Source: a virus (taxonomy: Duplodnaviria > Caudoviricetes). Taken from it: a stretch of 64,000 nt of DNA. The stretch spans positions 45,935 to 109,934 of IMG/VR virus record IMGVR_UViG_3300030330_002183, one strand, 5' to 3'. The notes below the pieces were generated by a model, which ran no database searches, was not told the origin of the DNA, and was given only the letters and a program-made list of their open reading frames with translations. Positions 9,006 to 16,384 of the stretch are shown here, piece by piece (the first letter of the stretch is position 1; each line of letters opens with the position of its first letter). The position numbers and the translations under genes are program-made.

Positions 9006-9307
9006 TACTCACATTTATCAGCATGTGAACCATCACAGTTTCCATCAGGATCTTGTGTTTTACCACATGCACATTTCTTAGCCATGTATTTGTCAAATGC
9101 TCCTGACTTAACTACATCAGCAAATAATTTAAATTGTTCTTTAGTGAAAGATGTATATCCTTCTTCATCACCACCTACTACAACTGTATCTGACTCAGCA
9201 GAAATATCAATAGCAGGGCATGATTTGCAGTTAGCACAAAAAGTCATCTGAGCTCTTCCTTCAGAAACTTCTACATTTTTTAGGCCGTTAAATTCTTTTA
9301 AACTCAT
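9005..9307 (-). CDS. Cys-rich protein with C-terminal CDGSH-type iron-sulfur motif
   Basis: CACGKTQDPDGNCDGSH near the C-terminus; additional CANCKSC motif in the N-terminal half. Confidence 0.75.
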   Translation of the reverse strand: MSLKEFNGLKNVEVSEGRAQMTFCANCKSCPAIDISAESDTVVVGGDEEGYTSFTKEQFKLFADVVKSGAFDKYMAKKCACGKTQDPDGNCDGSHADKCE

Positions 9308-9327
9308 TGGTTTATTCTTTTAAATTG

Positions 9328-9510
9328 TTACAGTTCAAATCCTAAGTTAAAGATCATAAATCTAAACTTTGCACAATAAGCTTTTTTGTTCTCACATACT
9401 TCACATGGACAAAACATAACTTCTAATACAGTTAGTTTACCAATTCTTACATTGATCTCATACTTCTCTTTTTTATTTCCTGATTTCCAGGAATTAATCC
9501 AATTAATCAT
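9328..9510 (-). CDS. Hypothetical protein (60 aa) with CPCEVC segment
   Basis: ORF track; co-oriented; preceded by the GTATATTAT motif. Confidence 0.65.
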   Translation of the reverse strand: MINWINSWKSGNKKEKYEINVRIGKLTVLEVMFCPCEVCENKKAYCAKFRFMIFNLGFEL

Positions 9511-9534
9511 ATTAAATTATTTTATGGTTATATA

Positions 9535-9549
9535 ATAATATACAAAAAA
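9535..9549 (-). promoter_or_regulatory. Putative phage promoter, TTTTTTGTATATTAT
   Basis: Same GTATATTAT core recurs in intergenic gaps at 16088-16096 (-), 16313-16321 (+) and 50824-50832 (-). Confidence 0.55.
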
Positions 9550-9553
9550 ATTA

Positions 9554-10648
9554 TCAGAATATCACGTAATTGACACCCAATTTAAAGTCATGCCATTGTC
9601 TATTCCAATACTTATTGTATTTACCTTCCAAGAAAAAGCCAAGATGCTTACTAGCTCTCCATCCAAAAATTAAACCACCAGAGTAGTCTGTCCATTGCCC
9701 TCCGTGGAATGTATGATAAGAATACTCTCCTCCCGCATCATAGTGATAAGGCATTATGTTTCCCCAGGTATGTACCCAGAAGTCTTTTGTGAAATGGTAA
9801 TAGTCCAACCCTATTACTAGAGAATGGTTCCACTGTGTTGGTAACTCATTTCTTTTCTTTTCTACATAGTTGGATAGTACTTCAGGGATCACCACAGCTT
9901 CCCATACCTGGGTGTTTTCTGCTACAACGTTCCCATTAGGATTAAGATAGGTTACTCCGCCTGAGCCATCAAATTCTACATTATACCCTTCTTCTAAAGC
10001 AAGGTTTGTGTAGTGTATGTCTCCTGTAGATAGCACCCACTCTTCTAGTGGATCGTATCCATATGGTTCAGACAGTCTTTGTACTGCTCCTATATTCAAT
10101 GAAAACTTATTGTTGAACTTTTGTCTATACCTTTGTGATGACTCGTAATACTTAATATCCGCAAAACCATCTTGAACATATTCTACCTTTGCTATCCATC
10201 TGTTAGCTACGTATCTTAAAAAATGCTGTTGATTGAGAAAGTCGGTACCTTGTTGTCTAGCGTAATCTAATTCAAAAAGAAACTCAAAACCTCTTACTTT
10301 ACCTAATGTTGCTGCATCACTGTATGATTTTTCACTACCATCATAAAATGTATTAGCTCTATTCTCGTATCCAAATCTAGCAATCTTTCTAATACCAACT
10401 GACATTGAATAGTCAAATGGAGTCTCTATTGTTTCTTTTTCTAATCCATTCGTAACTGAAAATACATCAACATCTGAAATAGAGTTGTTGCCATTGATAG
10501 CACCGTAAAAAGTAGCAAACTTAAATGTTTTTTTAAGGCTGCTTTTAAAATTACTTTCCTGACTAAAAGCAGAAGTTGTTCCTATTAGGAACATTACAAT
10601 CATTACTAAAACATATATAACTGGTGTTATATCTATTGTCTTCCTCAT
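9554..10648 (-). CDS. Predicted exported outer-membrane beta-barrel protein (364 aa)
   Basis: Signal peptide (..SAFS/QE), aromatic-rich alternating beta strands, C-terminal beta-signal LGVNYVIF. Confidence 0.65.
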   Translation of the reverse strand: MRKTIDITPVIYVLVMIVMFLIGTTSAFSQESNFKSSLKKTFKFATFYGAINGNNSISDVDVFSVTNGLEKETIETPFDYSMSVGIRKIARFGYENRANTFYDGSEKSYSDAATLGKVRGFEFLFELDYARQQGTDFLNQQHFLRYVANRWIAKVEYVQDGFADIKYYESSQRYRQKFNNKFSLNIGAVQRLSEPYGYDPLEEWVLSTGDIHYTNLALEEGYNVEFDGSGGVTYLNPNGNVVAENTQVWEAVVIPEVLSNYVEKKRNELPTQWNHSLVIGLDYYHFTKDFWVHTWGNIMPYHYDAGGEYSYHTFHGGQWTDYSGGLIFGWRASKHLGFFLEGKYNKYWNRQWHDFKLGVNYVIF

Positions 10649-13107
10649 TGTTTTATAATTTTATTGAAGTATTGTTTATCATTAACATTTACTATAATAT
10701 TATATAGACCATCTGCATAGTCTGATAAATCTATTACTTGTGGATTAAGCTCATCAATTATAGTTTTTCCACTCATATCTAAAACCTTTAATTGTATTTC
10801 TAATCTTGTAGATATTCTTACAATTCCAGTTGTTGGATTAGGATATATTACAACACCCATTACTGATAAATCATCTATATTTGTAGGCCATCCAAGTTGA
10901 CAATAATCATACATTGTTTGACATGATGCATCCCATGCATTTTCACAGCAATAAACATCTACATCAATTACCCATGCATAACATCCATCATTTAACCAAT
11001 AAGGATTACCTGGACCATCAATACAACCAGCACTATATAAACAAGAAGCTGAGTCATTAACATTTGCTAAAGGTTCATAGTTCCACGCACCTTGATCCAT
11101 ACACCCTGTAACCACTTCAATACACGTGCCGTTGTCAGTATTAGCCAACGGATCATAATTAAGGGCAGTACTATCAGTACAACCATAAATGTAAGCAATA
11201 CAAGTAAAGTCTTCTGTATTAGCTTGTGGATTGTAGTTGAGCATGCTTGGATCAGTACAACCATAAATAAAAGGAATGCAATTATTGTCATCTGTATTTG
11301 CTAAAGGATTAAAATTAAACATAGTAGAATCCATACAACCAAACACAAAAGGTTCACAAGAACCATTATCTACATTGGCTAAAGGATTATAGTTAAAAGC
11401 AGAAGCATCTGTACAACCATATACTATATCAATACAACTTGAGTCATCTACATTTGCTAGCGGATTGTAATTAAATGCATTAGGGTCTGTACACCCTGGC
11501 ACTGGTAATACACAAGAACCATCATCTGTATTAGCAGTTGAATCATAATTAAGTGCAATAGGATTTGTACAACCATCAACAACTGGTATACATGTTGAGT
11601 CATCAACATTAGCATTAGGATTATAGTTAAATGCTAAAGGATTCATACATCCTTCTACTATTGCTACACATGATCCTGGTATCTCTACGTTTGCTAGCGG
11701 ATCATAGTTAAGAGCTGTTGAGTCCATGCATCCTGCAACAATCAAAGTTGCACATGATCCATCATCATAATCAGCAGCTGTATCATATTCTAAATATAGT
11801 GGGTTCATACATCCTGCCACATAGTAACAAGAGCTATCATCTGTGTTAGCCTCATCATAATAGTTTAAAGCTAGGCTATCTGTACACCCAAATATCTTTT
11901 CTATGCACGTATTACCACAATTAGTAATAAAAGAATATGGAAACAAAGGTTGTATAAATGGAGGTTGAACACTAATTAATGTATCACCTTCTGGATTAAG
12001 TAAAGTAAACCCACACTCTATAGTAGTTAGTGCTGCCTGTGGAGATATTTGAAACCTAAACGTAGCAGGATCCGGAGCATCTATTGTAAATTGGTATTCA
12101 TCATTGAAACCACCTGTGTGAGTAAAATTAAAAGACGTATCAGGCAACTCTAATTCTAAATTTGAACCAACCCAACCATTACCCATTAGATCATGCAGTA
12201 TTAGTGTAAACTCACATTGTGGAACTAGGTCCATTGTGTTAGCTGTAGAATCATAGTTAAATGCATCTGGATCAATGCATCCAAATACTTTTAATGTTTG
12301 ACAGCTACCATCATCAGTATCTGCAAACGGGTTCCACTCTACATAATCATCATCTGTACACCCATATATAGGAGGACATGTATCAATAACAAATACGTGT
12401 GTACTATCTGTACCAAAAGCTGGGTCTGTACCATATACTAATGTATCACCACATTGTTTAACAAAATAAGATCCATCTTGACCTTGCCAAAGTGAACCAT
12501 TTAAACCGTCTCCATAAGAATCAAATATTGTAAAATTTAACACAGTTTGTGGTAAACATACAGGAACAACAACAGTTCCATAATCTGGTTGTGAACCATA
12601 ACCACTACCTGATGCTACTACATAACCTAAAGTATCAGTAATCTCCCAGGACGTTTCTGATTGATACTGATCTAAATTAATTATAACTACTGCAGGTAAA
12701 CATGGTGGAGGTGGAGGTCCGTTTGGTTGACATGGACCTAAATTAAAGTTTATTATTTCTGTAGCAAAATAATTTGTAGGTGAAGATATAAATTCTACTA
12801 TTGTATCTTGACAGTTATTCCATGTTCTAAAATAACCTTGCATGCCTGTATCTTGCCATCCGTCTCCATATTGATCTAATAGAATAGCAGTAAGAGGTTG
12901 TGCGTTTATAAATAAAGTATCTAATAAATATTCACTTTGCACTGTAGGTTGATGATGATACACAGTATCACCTTGGGCATCTGTAATATAAAATTGAGAT
13001 TCTGCAGGTCCCCATGAATCATATTGTGCTTCTATGACAATATAAGAATTTTGTGATAATGCAAAGCTAGATAATAATATTAATAGTGGAAATAAAAGTT
13101 TTTTCAT
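10645..13107 (-). CDS. T9SS type A sorting-domain protein with Cys/Asp-rich GCxD repeats
   Basis: Signal peptide MKKLLFPLLILLSSFALS/Q; three D.YGDGW-type beta domains; 13 GC(T/M)DxxAxNYxPxANxDDxSC repeats; CTD VIYPNPTTG..DMSGK..DLSDYADGLYNI..KIIKQ. Start moved from 13119 to the MKK. Confidence 0.9.
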   Translation of the reverse strand: MKKLLFPLLILLSSFALSQNSYIVIEAQYDSWGPAESQFYITDAQGDTVYHHQPTVQSEYLLDTLFINAQPLTAILLDQYGDGWQDTGMQGYFRTWNNCQDTIVEFISSPTNYFATEIINFNLGPCQPNGPPPPPCLPAVVIINLDQYQSETSWEITDTLGYVVASGSGYGSQPDYGTVVVPVCLPQTVLNFTIFDSYGDGLNGSLWQGQDGSYFVKQCGDTLVYGTDPAFGTDSTHVFVIDTCPPIYGCTDDDYVEWNPFADTDDGSCQTLKVFGCIDPDAFNYDSTANTMDLVPQCEFTLILHDLMGNGWVGSNLELELPDTSFNFTHTGGFNDEYQFTIDAPDPATFRFQISPQAALTTIECGFTLLNPEGDTLISVQPPFIQPLFPYSFITNCGNTCIEKIFGCTDSLALNYYDEANTDDSSCYYVAGCMNPLYLEYDTAADYDDGSCATLIVAGCMDSTALNYDPLANVEIPGSCVAIVEGCMNPLAFNYNPNANVDDSTCIPVVDGCTNPIALNYDSTANTDDGSCVLPVPGCTDPNAFNYNPLANVDDSSCIDIVYGCTDASAFNYNPLANVDNGSCEPFVFGCMDSTMFNFNPLANTDDNNCIPFIYGCTDPSMLNYNPQANTEDFTCIAYIYGCTDSTALNYDPLANTDNGTCIEVVTGCMDQGAWNYEPLANVNDSASCLYSAGCIDGPGNPYWLNDGCYAWVIDVDVYCCENAWDASCQTMYDYCQLGWPTNIDDLSVMGVVIYPNPTTGIVRISTRLEIQLKVLDMSGKTIIDELNPQVIDLSDYADGLYNIIVNVNDKQYFNKIIKQ
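11041..11889 (-). repeat. Eleven tandem ~26-aa coding repeats, GC(T/M)(D/N)xxAxNYxPxANxDDxSC (two more near 12217-12363)
   Basis: Directly visible in the translation; DNA copies are degenerate, period about 78 nt. Confidence 0.9.
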
Positions 13108-13108
13108 A

Positions 13109-13465
13109 TTAAAAATCACTCATTATAAGTTCGTCAATAAATTCTTGTATCTCTTCTCTAGTAGCCTTCATTGTAAATGATATATCTGCTTGGTATCTTT
13201 TTACCTCTTCACCATCTTTAAAAATAATTATAGTAGGTACTACAACTATTTCATGTTTTTGTTGGGCTTTAGGGTCTTCAGCTATACATACATCTTTTAC
13301 TTTGTCAACATCAGATAATTTTTTTAACCAAGTAACTTTGTTTGCATCATTCCAATTTGCATTGTATTGTACTACAGTCACTTGACCAAATGATTGCTGT
13401 GAAAATAAAATACAAACAAGCAATAAAAGGTAGATCCCAAATATCTTCCAAACAGAATTTTTCAT
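13109..13465 (-). CDS. Exported thioredoxin-fold protein lacking CxxC
   Basis: Signal peptide; VVQYNANWND in place of F.A.WCGPC; HEIVVVPTIIIFKDGEEVKR cis-Pro strand motif. Confidence 0.75.
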   Translation of the reverse strand: MKNSVWKIFGIYLLLLVCILFSQQSFGQVTVVQYNANWNDANKVTWLKKLSDVDKVKDVCIAEDPKAQQKHEIVVVPTIIIFKDGEEVKRYQADISFTMKATREEIQEFIDELIMSDF

Positions 13466-13466
13466 A

Positions 13467-13859
13467 TTAATTGAATACTCCGTACTCTATAGTAGTAGTA
13501 CCAGATGAAGTTTGATATACTGTAATATTAGCAGTATCAGCTTTCCATGGAAATAGAGCAAATGTACCTACTGGCAATGCTACTTCAAACTCATCATCAT
13601 TACTAGTGTTACCTATCAAAGATATTCTAAGTGGTTGACCTGTTACATTCTTAAGATATACATATGTACTTCCTGTTGCAGATGCTGCAGTATAATCTGC
13701 ATGAGCTAATAAAACTGCTTTACTAGATTTTTCTGCAGTTGTAGTAGTTCTTACAATACCTCCTGTAGTAACACTAGCAGCTTTCAAAAGATTTAAAGAA
13801 ATTGCATTAGTTGTTAAACCGGTACTTGCAATATCTGCTGTTATATTTAATGTTGCCAT
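13467..13859 (-). CDS. Putative beta-rich virion protein, paralog A (130 aa)
   Basis: Aligns by eye with 13885..14283 (ST.LTT.A..L, GG..R, YV...N, AL.PW, .EYG..). Confidence 0.65.
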   Translation of the reverse strand: MATLNITADIASTGLTTNAISLNLLKAASVTTGGIVRTTTTAEKSSKAVLLAHADYTAASATGSTYVYLKNVTGQPLRISLIGNTSNDDEFEVALPVGTFALFPWKADTANITVYQTSSGTTTIEYGVFN

Positions 13860-13884
13860 AATTTCTAAATATTTTTTTTAATTA

Positions 13885-14283
13885 TTATTGATATATTCCA
13901 AACTCTACAATAAGACCTACAGAAGCACCCCATGCTAAAATATTTTTATCAGTGGTTCTAGTTGTTCCTGCCCAAGGTATTAAAGCCCAATCACCACCTT
14001 TTAGTATGATTGGTGTTGCTGATGTTTCATCAACTGATACATAAATTCTATCATTACCAGATGAAACAGGAGTAGCTGGATTATGAATCCATACATAAGC
14101 TCCTTCTGTATATTTTGTAGCTGATACAAGTTCTGTTGCACTTGAATGTGCAGTTGTATCAAGCATAATACGTAATACACCACCTGATGTACAGCTAGCT
14201 AAATCTTTACTTGTTGAAAGATTCAGAGCGTCAGTAGTTAAGTCTGTTGAACCTAACGTTAATTTAAAATTTGCACTTGCCAT
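13885..14283 (-). CDS. Putative beta-rich virion protein, paralog B (132 aa)
   Basis: Tandem paralog of 13467..13859; Thr/Ser/Ala-rich. Confidence 0.65.
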   Translation of the reverse strand: MASANFKLTLGSTDLTTDALNLSTSKDLASCTSGGVLRIMLDTTAHSSATELVSATKYTEGAYVWIHNPATPVSSGNDRIYVSVDETSATPIILKGGDWALIPWAGTTRTTDKNILAWGASVGLIVEFGIYQ

Positions 14284-14308
14284 TTTTTATTTAATTTAAA
14301 GTTAATTA

Positions 14309-14593
14309 TTATCTTAGTTTATCTATTTTTTCTTCTATACGTTTGATGTCATCTTTAATTTCTTCAACATCATCTGCAGTATTTTGTATTGTTAGTCTAA
14401 TATTTTTATCTTTCATATCAAACTCCATACGTGTAACATCTGGCGGTGGTGGTACAGGAAGTTCTTTTGCTTCTTCTATATCTGCCTGCAATGCAAACCA
14501 CATACCTATTACTGTTGACAGAGCAATAGCAATAGCTATTAAAGTTTTTACACTAACCTTAAATGATGTATCTTCATTTAACTCTTTTGCCAT
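14309..14593 (-). CDS. Single-TM coiled-coil protein (94 aa)
   Basis: Hydrophobic helix LIAIAIALSTVIGMWFAL, Pro-rich linker PVPPPP, C-terminal heptads. Confidence 0.75.
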   Translation of the reverse strand: MAKELNEDTSFKVSVKTLIAIAIALSTVIGMWFALQADIEEAKELPVPPPPDVTRMEFDMKDKNIRLTIQNTADDVEEIKDDIKRIEEKIDKLR

Positions 14594-14595
14594 GA

Positions 14596-15099
14596 CTACC
14601 TTCTTTTACTAAATCTACCTCCTGGCAAACACTTACCTTTTTTTCCCATTCCTCCTCCATGTCTAAAGGTTGTTCCTTGACCTTGTGACATTACTACATT
14701 TACTCTAGGTTTTCTACTATTTGAGCCACCTTTTCTTTTAGGAGAATTTACAGGTCCTACAGGTTTCTTTGTTGTTCTAGCACTATTAATCAAATCCATT
14801 TTTTCAATTTGAACCTGTTGTAATTGATTTTGCTGTTGTAACAACATATTTTGCATTTGCATCTGTTGCATCATTGCTGCCATTTGTTGTTGTCTCATGG
14901 CATTTTCTAACATTGTTTGTTCAACTATTTGATTTTGTGTACGTAAAGCCTGAGCTTCTCCAGAAGATTGAATAGTAGATTTTTCATTCATTGATTGCAT
15001 CTGAGGTGGTACTGGATTCTTTGGTGTTTCTTTACCATCCTGAGCAAACATTCCTGGTACTTTTTTACCACCGTATCTATATCTTTTATATCTATTCAT
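14596..15099 (-). CDS. Basic, Gln/Met-rich protein with Gly-Gly-type motifs (167 aa)
   Basis: YRYGG, FAQDGKE, RKGG and FRHGG motifs; central Q/M low-complexity region. Confidence 0.7.
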   Translation of the reverse strand: MNRYKRYRYGGKKVPGMFAQDGKETPKNPVPPQMQSMNEKSTIQSSGEAQALRTQNQIVEQTMLENAMRQQQMAAMMQQMQMQNMLLQQQNQLQQVQIEKMDLINSARTTKKPVGPVNSPKRKGGSNSRKPRVNVVMSQGQGTTFRHGGGMGKKGKCLPGGRFSKRR

Positions 15100-15111
15100 A
15101 ATTTTAATTTT

Positions 15112-15738
15112 TTATCTTGTACCTCTAGTTGATGATGTTCCAGGATTTCTAGAACCTCTTGTTCTTGTTGCTACTTTTTTACTTACTTTCTTTTTACCTA
15201 ATGTAGTAAAGAATTTTTTAAGATCTCTTTGATATTGATTAGTTCTTTTAGTATTTGTAGCTGTATCTGTATTTCTTTGTGCAACAGCTGTATTATAATC
15301 AGTTAAATTTCTATTATATGTTGCTAAATTTGCTTGATAAGTAGTATATCTAGATATTTCATTTGATAAAGCTGTTTGATCATCTCTATAACTTCTTGCT
15401 CTAGTATCCCAAAGACCACGTCTAGAATCATATGATAGAGGTCTAACTCTAGTAATATAACTTTCACTTGGACTAGCTAGTGTACCAGGATTATCAACTA
15501 CAGTTGGTGCTGTAGGTGCATCACCTGGATCTGTAATTTGTAGTAATAATTTTTCAGGCATTGATGTTGAACGTGGAGACTTAGTACCTTTTGATTTAAA
15601 TTCTCCAGATGTTTTTGAAACATCTACTCTTTCTTGTACTGGTAAAATACTAGTTAGTGGAGTTGAAGATCCATATAATGATTTTAATGCTTCTCCAGTC
15701 CTTGCTGAGTGTTTTGCCATTTGTTTTTTATCTGCCAT
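15112..15738 (-). CDS. Hypothetical basic Thr/Arg-rich protein (208 aa)
   Basis: ORF track; co-oriented and tightly packed with neighbours. Confidence 0.7.
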   Translation of the reverse strand: MADKKQMAKHSARTGEALKSLYGSSTPLTSILPVQERVDVSKTSGEFKSKGTKSPRSTSMPEKLLLQITDPGDAPTAPTVVDNPGTLASPSESYITRVRPLSYDSRRGLWDTRARSYRDDQTALSNEISRYTTYQANLATYNRNLTDYNTAVAQRNTDTATNTKRTNQYQRDLKKFFTTLGKKKVSKKVATRTRGSRNPGTSSTRGTR

Positions 15739-15740
15739 AA

Positions 15741-16040
15741 TTATATTTTTTTAAGACGTTCATTTTCTGCTTCAAGAAATTTAACTTTCTCACGTAGAGT
15801 TGCTACCTCTTCTGTTAATTTAATTACACATAATCTAAGATCATCTTTTTCTTTAGATGACTCAGTTAAAAGAACTTCTAACCTATTTACTCTTTTCTTT
15901 AGATCTTCTTTGTATTCTTCTTTTAAATCCATACTTTTGCTTTTTAATGCTAGTCTGGATTTGTAAAATTTAAACGCTTCACTACTACCTAGCACAGTCA
16001 ATGCTGTAATAATAATAGTGCCTAATAGATTCCAATCCAT
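15741..16040 (-). CDS. N-terminal TM plus coiled-coil protein (99 aa), possible lysis-associated membrane protein
   Basis: LLGTIIITALTVLGS helix followed by long heptad repeats. Confidence 0.65.
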   Translation of the reverse strand: MDWNLLGTIIITALTVLGSSEAFKFYKSRLALKSKSMDLKEEYKEDLKKRVNRLEVLLTESSKEKDDLRLCVIKLTEEVATLREKVKFLEAENERLKKI

Positions 16041-16087
16041 GATTTATGTATAAATATTAATATCTACCATTTTACTATGGTACACTT

Positions 16088-16101
16088 ATAATATACAAAA
16101 A
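16088..16101 (-). promoter_or_regulatory. Putative phage promoter, TTTTTGTATATTAT
   Basis: In the divergent intergenic region, 48 nt upstream of the 16040 start; repeat of the 9535 motif. Confidence 0.55.
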
Positions 16102-16123
16102 ATAATAATAAAACTAAAATAAT

Positions 16124-16303
16124 ATGAAGATTAAAAGACATCAAATACTTTTTCAATTTTTACCCAAAACATGCCTGTTTGGTATGTCTATATCACAATA
16201 TGAAACAAAGGTAGATGAATCAGAAGAATGGGTTCCTGCTTTTAACATTGAATTAGGTTTCATTTTTTTCAAAGTTTCTTATGTAAATATTTCTATATCA
16301 TAA
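16124..16303 (+). CDS. Small hypothetical protein (59 aa), not in ORF track
   Basis: Hand-translated MKIKRHQILFQFLPKTCLFG...IELGFIFFKVSYVNISIS*; A-rich leader. Confidence 0.6.
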   Translation: MKIKRHQILFQFLPKTCLFGMSISQYETKVDESEEWVPAFNIELGFIFFKVSYVNISIS

Positions 16304-16312
16304 TATAAATTG

Positions 16313-16350
16313 GTATATTATTACTACCCCTTAATCACAGGGGATTTTTT
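16313..16350 (+). promoter_or_regulatory. GTATATTAT promoter-like motif followed by CCCCT/AGGGG hairpin and T run upstream of nrdJ
   Basis: Motif at 16313-16321; stem 16327-16331 pairs with 16339-16343; T6 at 16345-16350. Confidence 0.45.
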
Positions 16351-16384
16351 ATCTAAATTGTTTAACATCTTAAAAAAAAATGAC

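Noticed and set aside
11041-11889. Periodic ~78-nt repeats that could be mistaken for a CRISPR array or DGR repeats
   Set aside because: Degenerate at synonymous positions and in frame with protein repeats; no identical direct repeats, cas genes or reverse transcriptase.
16310-16384. TTG-initiated N-terminal extension of nrdJ
   Set aside because: Covers the promoter-like motif and hairpin; the ATG at 16385 follows an A-rich leader and begins the recognizable protein.
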